Of a stretch of DNA of 64,000 nt, positions 13,031 to 24,100 are shown in pieces; position 1 is the first letter of the stretch, and the number at the start of each line of letters is the position of its first letter. Origin of the DNA: Scyliorhinus canicula (taxonomy: Eukaryota); assembly GCF_902713615.1 (NCBI RefSeq), contig NC_052158.1:30421990-30485989 (forward strand), in the 5' to 3' direction. The notes under the pieces are model-generated. The model was given only the letters and a program-made list of their open reading frames with translations. It had not been told where the DNA came from and searched no databases. The position numbers and the translations under genes were made by a program.

Positions 13031-13779
13031 CGGTCCACCAAAATTCACGCCCTCCACCACCGATGCACAGTAGCAGCCGGGTGTGCCATCTACATGGTGG
13101 ACTGCAGGAACTCGCCATAGCTCCTTAGGCAGCACCTTCCAAAACCTCTACTGCTACCACCTGGAGCGACAAGGAAAGCTGGAAACGCTATCGTCTGGAA
13201 TTTCCCTTCCAAGTGACTCCAAGCCTTGAATTCGAAATATATCTCCATTACTTCACTGTCATGGAGGTCAAAATCCTGGAACTCCCCTCCTCATAGCACG
13301 GTGGGTGCAACTACACCACATGACGTGCAGCGGTTCAAGAAGAAGGGCAATTGGTTATTGGAAATTAATACTGGTCTAGCCAGCGACATTATGCCATAAA
13401 AATGAATTTAAATAATTATTAAATGGCAATAAAGCTATTTTTGAAATGAACGCATGGAGGCAGAGTATAATCCAAAGTCCATAAGTGGTCTGGGGACGTG
13501 GGTAAAATCTCACCACAGCAGGTGGTAGAATTATAATTCAATTGTGAACACATATATAGCTGAAAGCTAGCCTCAGTTTCACGTTCACCGTCACCATCCT
13601 TGATTATCACAAAATCCCACATGATTAATCAATGTCCTTTAGCGAAGGAAATTTGCCTACATGTTACTCTAACTGACCTCCGATATATCACAGCAAGCCT
13701 CTCATTCAAGAGCAATTAGGGATGTGTCACAAATGATGACCTTACCAGTGACACCTACATTCCTGGAATAATCGAATCC

Positions 13780-14070
13780 TTACAGAACCAAAGGACATCA
13801 TTTGGCCTATTGAGTCTGCACTGACCCTCTGAAAGAGCCCGAGACCTAACGCCCGGCTTATCCCCGCAACCGCACCCAATCTTTGGATACCATGGTCAAT
13901 CCACCAACCCTACACATCTCTGGACTGTGGGATGAAACCGGAAAAATAGGAAACACACGGAGACACTGGGAGAACGTACAAATTCCACACAGATAAGCAC
14001 CCGAGGCCGGTACCGAATTCGGATCCTTGGGGCTGTGAGGCAATAGTGCTGACCATCGTGCTATCGTGCC
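13780..14070 (-). mobile_element. Diverged HE1-type SINE
   Basis: tRNA-like head and body homology. Confidence 0.65.
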
Positions 14071-15009
14071 ATCATTAATTGAAATATTAAAAATATAGGT
14101 AGATAGGTTGTATCTCCGTGACATGCAATAGCTTATAATGTCGGAGGCAAATGCATAAAATGTCTTCAGGATCGCTTCATAATGCCACAAAATCTTGTCT
14201 TTCTCTACGGATGTACAGTCTTTTCATTACACCTCATTGGTTTCAATGTACGACATCGAACTTCTTCTGCTTCTTTTGCTTGTCAGAGGAGATTTAAAAC
14301 ATAAATGCAGATAACACCAGGACAAATAATTTAGAAAGAAATAATATGTTTTGATGTTGTCTTTGTTGAGATACATGTCAACATGCTTTCATATGTTACA
14401 CTACCGGACCAGACCCCAATTTATGTTAGGAAACCAGCCGAGATCCCAACATTGTTTCAAATTCTAAAACTGAGGAAATGTACTTCGCCACAGGAATGAT
14501 TCCACGACAAATATGTATCTTTTAAATTACAATAAACATCATTTTAACCACATTATCATCACAGAAAGATTCTTCTGCAATTAGTTATTAAACAGTGCTA
14601 AATTAAAACAGGGAAACACTTTAACTACTAACGTAACCTTCTCTATTTCCGATTGAGCAAAGTCCATTACAGATCAAAATCTACTTATAAATAAAGTTAG
14701 CAATGGAAGGCTACTCATTGTATTCTTGCGTAGAGATAACTTGGAAAGATTGCTTGGAGCGAGAGACCCTTCCAGGAACATCTTGTAAATCATTCTATAT
14801 TTGCCAGACTTCTGCTCAACTTGACAGCATTAGGCAAAACTGTTGTTCAACTTACAAACTCATAGCCGCTTGCAAAATCTCTACCAAACACTATCAAAAC
14901 TACCGACAGAGCTGGTCTCCCTGTTACTTACATCATCTTTATCCCAGTAGTATCACATGACCAGTTTAGTTAAAATTAATGCAACTTATATATGTAGTAC
15001 AATCTGTTT

Positions 15010-15384
15010 AATACAGAATCGCCGAGCAGAAACTTATAGCCAAGTTCCACACACATGAGTACGGTCTCAACCGGGAGCTTGGATTCACATTCACCCCCCT
15101 GCATCTGGCCTGGGCTTGCGAAGTCCTACCAACTGTCCAGGCTTCAGACAATTCACACCTCTTTAACCTGCGATTATTCCTCTCTCCAGTTGATCCGTCT
15201 GAACCTGTAGACTTAATTATCTGCAAAGACTTGCATTCAAAGTATCGTGTTGCATCTTTGACTTTGTCTACAGATATGTTTCTGGAACACACCTCTTATT
15301 TCACTTGCAGAAGTAGCAGCGTTCTGAAAGCTAGTGTTCGAAACATACCTGTTGGACTTTAACCTGGTGTTGTTAGACTTGTTA
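15010..15384 (+). mobile_element. 5'-truncated Penelope-like element (GIY-YIG endonuclease C-terminus plus terminal repeat)
   Basis: Frame RIAEQKLIAKFHTHEYGLNRELGF is typical of the Penelope endonuclease end; followed by gaaagctagtgttcgaaacatacctgttggactttaacctggtgttgttagact, shared with the 32045 and 61233 elements. Confidence 0.75.
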
Positions 15385-15851
15385 CATATTTTAAAGGTAC
15401 TGTGGTATTTGGGGGTAATTTCAATTCGCTGCAATTTTTTGATAGTTTTCCTGTCGGAATTTGGAGTTCAATCTACAAACGGAAATCTGTAAGTAACCGA
15501 TTATCCACAATAATGTAGTTGCATATTCTGACTAGGTATTTTAATTCAACTCAAATTATATCCTGTCGTTGAGAAATATAGTTGCCAATCGCTACTGGAA
15601 GAATCAGTCGTAGTTTAATTATGTTTTCAATATCTTACAGTCATCAGAATTAGACATTACATTCGAACATTTAATACCTGCCTCTGGATTGAGTTGACAA
15701 GAAATTGGTGAAATCGGAGTAATATTCTCATGTATAAATTGAGCGATACGCGCACATAGAGATGCACAGTTGAAGTGCGTGCAGGCATAATATTTAGCAA
15801 CATATAACGTGGATGGTAACGTGCTAATGGACTTGAAGATCAATCATTACA

Positions 15852-15956
15852 TTAACCACAGGCAGTCTTGTCCTTATCTATGGAAGTTCGAAGTGTTCGC
15901 TTCCCTTCTCTGAAGATCAGTGTACAATACTGCACATTATCTGCTTCATTTGCCTG
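15852..15956 (-). CDS. NCR3: NCR3-like exon 5: terminal cytoplasmic exon with ITIM VQYCTL
   Basis: Acceptor tttttttcttccag|, phase 0, QANEADNVQYCTLIFREGKRTLRTSIDKDKTACG*, TAA at 15852-15854. Confidence 0.8.
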   Translation of the reverse strand, partial: QANEADNVQYCTLIFREGKRTLRTSIDKDKTACG

Positions 15957-16039
15957 CTGGAAGAAAAAAATACCTTTTTAGATATATATCATATCCAAAC
16001 ATGAAAGGGTACTTATTTCGTTTTAATCTAACACGGAAA

Positions 16040-16970
16040 TGTGATCGATGATGGCATCAAGGAGCTAAATCAGAAACAATAGGAATCAGGGGAAAACTCT
16101 TTCGCTGGTTGGAGTCATACCTGGCACAAAGGAAGATGGTTGTGCCAAAGTCAATCATCTCTGCTCCAGGATATCACTGCAGGAGATCCTCAGGGTAGTG
16201 CCCGAGGCCCAACCATGTTCAGCTGCTTCATCAATGAACTCCCTTCCATCATAAGGTCAGAAGTGAGTATATTAGAGGATGACTGCACAAAGTTTAGCAC
16301 CATTCGCGATTCCTCAGATAATTAATCAGTTCATGTCCAAATACAGAAGACCTGGAGAATATCCAGGCTTGGGCTGAGAAGTGACAAGTAACATTCGCCA
16401 AGTAATGACTATCAAGCGAGGATCTAACTATCGCCACTTGATATTCAATGGTATTAACATTGCTTAATCCCCCACAATCAAAATCATGCGGCTTACCATT
16501 GATCTCAAACTGAACAGGATTGGCTATCTTAATACTATAGCTACCAAGGCAGATCAAAGGCTATGAATCTACTGCGAGCAATTCGCCTCTTGACCTCCCA
16601 AACACTGTCCACCATCTACAAGGCACAAGTCAGGAGTGTATTGGAATACTCCCCACTTGCCTGGACGAGTGCCACTCCAACAACACTGAAGACGCTCGGC
16701 ACAATCCAGGACAAAGCAGTCCGCCTGAATTCTCCAGTTTCCATAAACATTCAAACAATACTTCACCGGCAAACAGTGGCAGCCTTGCGTACCATCGCCA
16801 AATCCCCTGATGTAACTCGCCATGGTTCCTCAGACAACACCTTCCAGGCTCATGAACACTACCATCTAGATTCTAGAAGGACAGGAGCAGCAGCTACCTT
16901 GGAACCCCAGCTCCCGGATGTCCCCCTCCAAGTCACTCACAACCCTGACTTGGAAATATATCGCCGTTGA
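16040..16970 (+). mobile_element. Old CR1-superfamily LINE fragment
   Basis: GDPQGSARGPTMFSCFINELPS; IYKAQVRSVLEYSPLAW. Confidence 0.75.
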
Positions 16971-18049
16971 CAAATTAAAATAGCATTCTACAGCTTAGCT
17001 GTTACTCATAGGCATGATGGCACTACTTTCTATGAACGGAATTCGATTTCTACCAACTACCTGTGGGCTTCGTCATGGGCAACGCACTGGCGTGTATCAG
17101 TTTTAGTATCAACAACACATGTAAAACTACAAAAACGTGTTTGTATTTCGTATGAATAGTCCTGGATTGACTTCGTGTCAGAATTATTGTTCCTACTGAT
17201 CATATTTTATGTCCAAACGTTTTCAGCCTTTTCACTTGGTGCAATTGTGAATTACAGAATATAAGGGGGCCCAGGATTGTGTTTTGCTGATCTTTGATAG
17301 GATTCTTGCACTGGCTCAACAGCCCCTTGGCTGGGATGGCGAAAACACGCTACAGTAATTTTCAGCGGGATAGTTGGAAATCACAATGACGAATTACTTC
17401 CCTTGATCTCTATTACATCAAACTCCGAGACCGCTTTATCTCGAGGCTCAGAGTCAATGGCTTAACAACAATCCACGCTGCAGAAGAACAAACGACAATG
17501 CGAAAACCGCAAATCAACAGGAGAGCAGCAAATAAGAAAGAAATCGATGACTCAGAATCTGGCTTGAAATCTGATATACCAAAATAAGGTGCAACGGTTA
17601 ACGTTCGAAAGAAATTGATGCATCAGGCCTGAAATTTACGATAACGTATTCATTACATATGTGAAAAAGGGTCAATCAGGTTGGCTTTTAATCTGTTTCG
17701 GTAATCTCTTTCCTTATGGTATAGTAATATTAACCTTGAAGGAAGGAAAGAACACAGAATAGTGAACACTGAACGTTTTAACGGAAGCGCTGGTGGTCTT
17801 TAATTTCAAGTAATCATTTTCAAAATGAGTAAACATGTTTAGGGACATGTTACTGCCTGCTGGTTGATAAGTTTCAAGAAGAAGTACTGAACAACATATA
17901 AAATCGTCGAAAAAAGCAGTTGAGGAAACACTAGATTTTTAATTCGGGTTTCTCAAACTTCGGGGATTAGTTGCTCTTTATGTTTACCGCTTCAAAAAAG
18001 TTTACTGATTTTTTTCACTTGATGAAATTACAGTTATTTGTGACAAGCG

Positions 18050-18390
18050 CCAAGTTACCGATGAGGTTTAGATAGGGTGGACAGCGAGAGCCTTCTCCCG
18101 CGGATGGAGGTGGCTAGCACGAGGGGACATAGCCTTAAATTGAGGGGTAATAGATATAGGACAGAGGTCAGAGGTGGGTTTTTTACGCAAAGAGTGGTGA
18201 CGCCGTGGAATGCCCTACCTGCAACAGTAGTGAACTCGCCAACATTGAGGACATTAAAATTTTTATTGGATAAGCATATGGATCATAAGGGCATAGTGTA
18301 GGTTAGATGGCCTTTAGTTTTTTCCATGTCGGTGCAACATCGAGGGCCGAAGGGCCTGTACTGCGCTGTATCGTTCTATGTTCTATGTTA
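18050..18390 (+). mobile_element. CR1 LINE 3' end in intron 4 of the NCR3-like gene
   Basis: STRGHSLKLRGNRYRTEVRGGFFTQRVV; gggccgaagggcctg stem and (ttctatg) tail. Confidence 0.85.
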
Positions 18391-18813
18391 TATGAGGTAA
18401 TCGCGTCAACGGAAAAATAGTTTGTTGGTAAGGAACCAGTTTATTCATTAATGCTGTTAACGAGGTCAATCAGACTCATCGATAAAGTTGAATTTTTGGG
18501 CGAATCATGCTCGTCACCTTGTAGGAATTGCGCAAAGATTTTAATCTGCAATGTCCAATAGGTTTGATCGCCGGATGTCGGGAGGCCGGAAGTCCAGTAA
18601 ATCATGTGTGGATGTAATAAATAATTTCTAAGAAGAAATTTCTCATTGCAGGTTGTACTACTTTTGCAGCTACAGCATGCTTAATAAATTTATGAAAGGC
18701 TTAAATCGACATCTGAGTAACCAGTTTGGAATCAAGTGCTATATTAAATGATCGACGATCAACCCGAGTCACAGTGTTTAACGAGATACTACAATAGTTG
18801 AGTTGATAGATAC

Positions 18814-18854
18814 CTGATTGTCATTTCTGCTCGGTGGTCTTTCGTCATGTTTCT
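18814..18854 (-). CDS. NCR3: NCR3-like exon 4: short cytoplasmic exon (E)KHDERPPSRNDNQ
   Basis: Long pyrimidine tract ctatttttcctccctatcatcatacag|, 41 nt, phase 1->0, donor cag|gtatct; exactly bridges the TM exon (phase 1) to the ITIM exon (phase 0). Confidence 0.75.
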
Positions 18855-19619
18855 CTGTATGATGATAGGGAGGAAAAATAGAATGTTAGAAATGTCAATA
18901 ACCAGCAATGGTCACGAGGCACTCTCACGAACTCCCCTGCTTGTGATGGTAACTCGTCTAGTCCTTTGTCAGACACCGCGGACAAATATCTTTGAAGTTT
19001 GCCAAGCCAGTTTACATTATATGTGTCTATTTATTCATGGGATATGGGTGTCGCTGGCTGGATCAGCTTTTATTGCCCATCCCGGAGGGCATTTATGAGT
19101 CAACCACATTACTGTGGGTTTGGAGTCACATTTATGCCAAACCATGTAAGGATGACAGGTTTCCTTATCTAAAGGACATTGTGAGAACCAGATGAGATTT
19201 ACGGCAATAGGCCATGGTTATTGTTAGACATTAAATTGCAGGTTTTTGTTCAATTCAACTTTCACCATCTGCCCTGGTGGGTTTGGAACCCTGGTCTCAG
19301 AGCATTTACCTTCGGTCTCTGGATTGTCCGTCCACGACGTCACTGTTCCCCTATTGATCTTTATATGTGCAAATAGTTGACACAAAGTTTCACAACACAT
19401 GAAAATATAACACAGGATTTGTTTTAAACTGAACAACTGTTCAGATATAAGATTTCGGTATATGATGGATGAAATACGTCCACGTAAATAGAAAAAAACT
19501 TTTGGCATTGAAGTGGTAGCATCCGTTCAAATATGCCGTAATAACCCTTTATTCTTGGTTTCCCGGTTCCACAGCCTGCGCTGCAGATTTTTGTTTTTGC
19601 AAAATCGTACTTATTTATA

Positions 19620-20085
19620 GATTAATTCCATAGATGAGGGGTTTGCCTAATTAAGAGAGATCGAACAGTTTAGGTCGATACTTTCTCCACCTTAGAAGAA
19701 TGAGAGGAGATCTAATTGAGTTATATAAATTGCGAAAATGGATTGACAGTGTAAACGTTGAGCGGATGCTTCCTCTTGTGAGGAAATTTAGGATGACGTG
19801 CCATAACTTCAGGATCAGGGTAGCAGATTCAAAGCAGAGATGGGAACAAATTACTTTTCTCAAAGGGTCATGAACCTATGGAATTGACTACCCCAGAGTG
19901 CGGTGGATGCCGGGACATTGAGTAAATGTAAGGAGCAGATATGTTTTCATTAGTAACGTGTTGAAGGGTTACGGTAAGAGGGCAGTAAAATGGATTTGAG
20001 GCCCAGTGGAGATCACCCATGATTCTATTGAATGGCGGAGGGGACTCGAAGGGCTGAATTTCTTACTCCAGCTCCTAGTTCTTCT
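19620..20085 (+). mobile_element. CR1 LINE 3' end (older)
   Basis: RRMRGDLIELYK motif; CR1-like 3' stem. Confidence 0.7.
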
Positions 20086-20356
20086 GTGTTTTCTCACCCT
20101 CCCAGATTTGAAGCACAACCTGTTATTGACTAACCGTTCATTAGAATGTCAGGAAAAAGATATCAATGCAATACTGTTGTGATTACGTAGTATAATCGAT
20201 CATTTCTGCAGGCTGTCGGGAAATTATAACATCGGCAAATTATCTTTTCATTCTCAGCAAGGGACGGTCAAGCCTAGAATTGAATGGTGAAATTAATCGT
20301 TTTTACATTACTAGCATTAAACTTGGAATTGTGTTTATGTCTTTGGTGTGATAAAC

Positions 20357-20385
20357 TTATATCTTCACCCATTTCACTTCGCTGT
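20357..20385 (-). CDS. Possible alternative short terminal exon (D)SEVKWVKI* of the NCR3-like gene (177-aa isoform without Tyr motif)
   Basis: Strong acceptor gatttctctgtttcttcag| 230 nt downstream of the TM exon; phase 1 gives an in-frame 9-residue tail and TAA. Confidence 0.4.
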
Positions 20386-20615
20386 CTGAAGAAACAGAGA
20401 AATCGAGAGCATTAAACCCTGTCTTTAGATCAAACTAAAAATACATTCCACGGTTGTGTTTAGTGCACAATTTGCAATTGTTGAATTTGAACGTGGTAAG
20501 AGGAGAGTGTTCCAAAGATAAAAGTGATGCATAGCACGGGTGACATCACATCAAAATGTGACTAGTATTTTTGCATTGTGAAATGATTGAGTTAAAGCAG
20601 AGAAATATTATCCAC

Positions 20616-20738
20616 CTTTACTTCTCTTTCTGCAGTAAACGACAGTCGGTATCACCAAGAACAGGGCCAGTAAGCAGTACAGGGCAGTATGTAGAAGGCC
20701 AGAATTAGCCAGCAGTTGCGTTTGATTCCAAGTCTTCG
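20616..20738 (-). CDS. NCR3: NCR3-like exon 3: stalk, transmembrane and basic stop-transfer (RKRSK)
   Basis: Acceptor gttttcttataatag|, 123 nt, phase 1-1, GLLHTALYCLLALFLVIPTVVYCRKRSK, donor aaag|gtggat. Confidence 0.9.
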
Positions 20739-21507
20739 CTATTATAAGAAAACAGATGTTATTTATTTTTATTTTTCCCCTCTCCCGCCACAACTATATG
20801 GATTATATAAAACATTAAACAGGCAAAGGTTAGAGAGAAGAAGCAAAAATTGCACTTCGAATAGGGGTAGTTGGAATCGTCCTCAAGCAGAGAAGACTAG
20901 ATCGTTCAACGGGATACCCACTCCGGGGAAGAAATCGTATTTGACATTCTAAAAGAGTGGAGCGGCACTATGGCACAGAAAACATCCATTTCGACCGCAG
21001 GGTAAATTTTCATTTTTAGACCAACCGTCTGTCAAATGCCTCACTTACATTAACCTGGCGTTGTATGACTTCTTACTGTGCACACCCCAGTCTAACGTCC
21101 ACATCATTTAACCAGGATGTTGAGTATTTTTAGAGGACTCTACCTCCGAGAAATTTGTGGACGCTCAGTTGTTATGTTAATATGGATCTATAAATATAGA
21201 ACATAACTGAGCACCAAGAGGCATGGGATTAATGCATGAACATGCAGTTGATGTAACAATTCAGCCACGATCTTAATGGATGTTGGAGTACGCTTGAGGC
21301 ACCGTATGGTTAACACCAACTCTTACTTCTCATCTAATTTCTGCACTGCTCCAATAGATACAAATTCACAAATTGATGCATTGGGGAACGAAACGTTAAC
21401 GCCAGCTGTGATAGATTTTGTGTGCATATGTCTCTCCACACCCTGGAAGTTTGTATTACCATCTTTGTTCATTAATTTCTAAAGCTAACAGCGCGTAATA
21501 TGCCCAC

Positions 21508-21846
21508 CTGTCACAATGAGTGTTGTTCCTTGCCCATAATATTTAGTGCCCGTTATCGACTCCACTTTGCAATAATAGGTGGCCGCATCGCTCAATGTTA
21601 CATTTGTAACTTGAATGGAAACGCCCGTATTTCTGTCCTTTTGGTCCTTGCTGGATCCATTGACCCGGCCTTTGTATTCTGGTGTACTGTTAGAGACCTC
21701 AGTTCCATCTTTACTGTCCCTGTACCACATGTAGACGACGACTCCACTAAGTCCTTCCTGAGTGCAGTGCAGAACCGCTATCTCCCCCTCGGTTACATTA
21801 ATAGATGCCGGGCTTTGAACGACTGTAACATTCTCAGCAACCGCTG
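21508..21846 (-). CDS. NCR3: NCR3-like exon 2: VJ-type Ig V domain
   Basis: Acceptor tttgttcttttacag| (NAGNAG), 339 nt, phase 1-1; B-strand Cys (LHC), C-strand Trp (WYRD), D-x-A-x-Y-Y-C, germline J-like YGQGTTLIVT, donor acag|gtgggc; overlaps ORF 21485-21730. Confidence 0.95.
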
Positions 21847-21869
21847 CTGTAAAAGAACAAATAATAATT

Positions 21870-22037
21870 GGCCGTTGCGATTCAATTTCCCCACGGACAG
21901 AGCAACCCCGCCAGCGGATTTCCCGGCGGCGTGGGTGTGGTTACAATTGCCAAACGGCGGGAATTGAGAATCCCGCCGTTAGTAAACGGCACGCGGCCGC
22001 GAAACACACGGCTGGCGGACAGGAGAATCCCGCCCGC
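21870..22037. mobile_element. GC-rich MITE-like fragment in intron 1 of the NCR3-like gene
   Basis: CpG-rich sequence ending ggagaatcccgccc; a related element with inverted ends gggctggattc...gaattccagcc lies at 28370-28561. Confidence 0.45.
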
Positions 22038-22835
22038 ATGAAGCCAGAAACCTTCGTTGCGTTTAGACGTGTTTGCAATTCCGTTCCGAAAATTACACAT
22101 TGGAGTGCGAACCACACAACGCGCTTTTCCAACGACAGGTCTTCGCTTTGAAGAGTATTGCTAGCATAAAATAAAATGCTAACAGCCCCATTCTAATTGC
22201 AGAGCAAGAAAGGTCATTCAGCAATCGCTTTGCGGAATATCAGTGTGAAAAATATGTTTCTTTTGACGAAGGGTCAGGAGGACATCTGTGGAACTGAGCT
22301 GAATTACATTCGGAAGTATTTTTTTGTGGTCATCAAATTGCATTTAACATTTAATGACCGATTAAAAATAAATGGCATCAGGTGCTATCCTTCTAAAACA
22401 AAATTTTGATAATACACTCCAAGTATTTTTATGAGAAATCATAAAACATGGCATTTAATCCAGTTTGGTGTCCCTCCATCTCCGGGACTGCAGCCATTTA
22501 AGAAGGTAGATCGCCGCCACCGTCTCACGGGGCAATTAGTGATGGGCAATGGATGCTCGCACACACCTTGAATTAATTTTAAAAATGCAGCGCCTAATTT
22601 AGTGGTGGGATTGAACCGGTTATGGTTGATATAATTGCACCATACGATCACAGCTCCATATGTGGGGAGATGGCGGTACAGTGGTAATCACACTGGACTG
22701 GTAATCTAAAGTGTCCGCTTAATGCTCTGCATACTCGGGATCAGACAATATCTGACCAAGGAACGATCACCGACTGTCCCCAGGGAAGGAAATTTTAGCC
22801 CCTTACCTGGTCTTTGAATTAAGGAAAGTACTTAC

Positions 22836-22878
22836 CTAGGCCAAGAGTCAGGAGGCAGAGCACGAGGCTGAAAACCAT
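22836..22878 (-). CDS. NCR3: NCR3-like exon 1: signal peptide MVFSLVLCLLTLGL(A)
   Basis: ATG at 22878, 43 nt, hydrophobic, ends cta g|gtaagt (consensus donor, phase 1). Confidence 0.9.
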
Positions 22879-23599
22879 GCCAGCTGTTGTCTAAATGTAA
22901 TGAAATTATTTGTAGTTTGCTCACGGGACTGATGGGAGAAGGTCACAATTCATTTTTTTTTTACAACTATGTGTACCAATGTAAGGACTGGATGTGACGC
23001 AATGGAAAATATCAGATGAAGATTTGTCTCTCTCTCTTTCTCCGGGCACCACAAAAGTTGAGACGCGGTGAATGTTTCCACTGCTTTGAGGTTTGCAGAT
23101 TCTCGTTTTGATCGGCTTCTGGAGCAAAGATTTAGAGAAACCCATATACGGTTATGCACATTGTTCGGGCAGCTGCCAAATTTCTATAGCGAAGAGCTTC
23201 TTGTGTTTGCAAATGCTTTGCAAAGAATCAACGACTGGCCAAAGAGATTCCGAATTAGGGGGTTTGGGAAAACTTTCTTTCTCTCAGATAAATACACGGA
23301 CAGTGGCCCATTAATAGGTCCCAATGCTCAGGAGAACTTTTCAACGATTGTAATCTGGAATAAGGGTCAGGAAAATAAATGCTGGTGATTACCCGGGTAA
23401 TTTGCGTCTTTCTGAGTAAATTGTCAACATGTGCATCGCTCTGGCTCAAAAGTATTGAATGGCGGGTGATACAAAAATAGGTGCAATGCCCAGAATACGC
23501 AATACACGTTTTCCTTACTGTTTAAACCATTGGAAGGGAACGTCTGTTTAAGCCCTTACTTCATACCACGTCCAACATTATAATTCACCCCAGATTTCG

Positions 23600-24100
23600 C
23601 CCCTTTCTAACATATGATACACGGCGCCGAAAGCAGTGCACAAAGTGAATGGTCCGTCGAATCCCCACAGTGCAGAAGGAGACCATTCGTCCATCCAGTC
23701 TGCATCGCCCTTCCGAAACAGCACTCTACCAAGGCCCACTCCCAGTCCTATCCACCGTGCCGTCCAGCATGGATCATGGGTAATCCGCCTAAACTGCACA
23801 GCTTTGGACACTGAGGGGCAATTTAACATGGCCAAGCCAATAATGTAGGTTAGTTTACGGGCTCACAGGGCAGGAGAGTATGCCGAGGTAGACTGCTCGT
23901 TCGGATCACCGGAGCAGACCCGAGGAGCCGAACACTCTCCTTCACTGATTCTCTGACTCTAACGTGCACATTTCTGGACTCTGAGAGGGGCACCCGAAGG
24001 AAACCCACGCACAGATGGGGAGAACGTGAAAACCCCACAAGGTGGCCTAAAGCGCATCGTACCAGGGTCCTTGTTGCTGTGAGGCAGTAGTGATAACTAT
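23600..24100 (-). mobile_element. Two nested or adjacent HE1-type SINEs
   Basis: SINE tail, body and head homology. Confidence 0.6.

Larger units (their letters stand above)
15852..22878 (-). other. NCR3: Complete NKp30/NCR3-like receptor gene, 5 coding exons: join(22836-22878, 21508-21846, 20616-20738, 18814-18854, 15852-15956), 651 nt, 216 aa type I membrane protein with ITIM
   Basis: All junctions are GT-AG with matching phases (1,1,1,0) and no stops. Protein: MVFSLVLCLLTLGLAAVAENVTVVQSPASINVTEGEIAVLHCTQEGLSGVVVYMWYRDSKDGTEVSNSTPEYKGRVNGSSKDQKDRNTGVSIQVTNVTLSDAATYYCKVESITGTKYYGQGTTLIVTAKTWNQTQLLANSGLLHTALYCLLALFLVIPTVVYCRKRSKEKHDERPPSRNDNQQANEADNVQYCTLIFREGKRTLRTSIDKDKTACG*. GTEVSNSTPEYKGRV resembles human NKp30 GKEVRNGTPEFRGRL, and the TM LLHTALY...TVVY resembles LLRAGFY...STVYY (human sequence recalled from memory). 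The symbol means NCR3-family, not proven 1:1 orthology. Confidence 0.85.

Noticed and set aside
14394-15001. Possible solo LTR (TG...CA ends); a similar candidate at about 28576-29080
   Set aside because: No TSD found and no second copy in the window to confirm; not listed as features.
15397-15488. TM-like stretch ending IYKRKS|gtaagt on the plus strand
   Set aside because: Needs two frameshifts to read as a TM, lies antisense just past the NCR3-like last exon, and abuts a Penelope insertion.
17050-17590. Unique-looking intronic stretch with a 60-codon plus frame and a strong minus-strand acceptor near 17478
   Set aside because: All minus-strand phases close within 22 codons, and gene 1 splices in frame without it; the plus frame is unidentified.
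23068-23388. 106-aa plus-strand ORF upstream of the NCR3-like gene
   Set aside because: No recognisable domain or splice context; probably a chance ORF in the promoter region.
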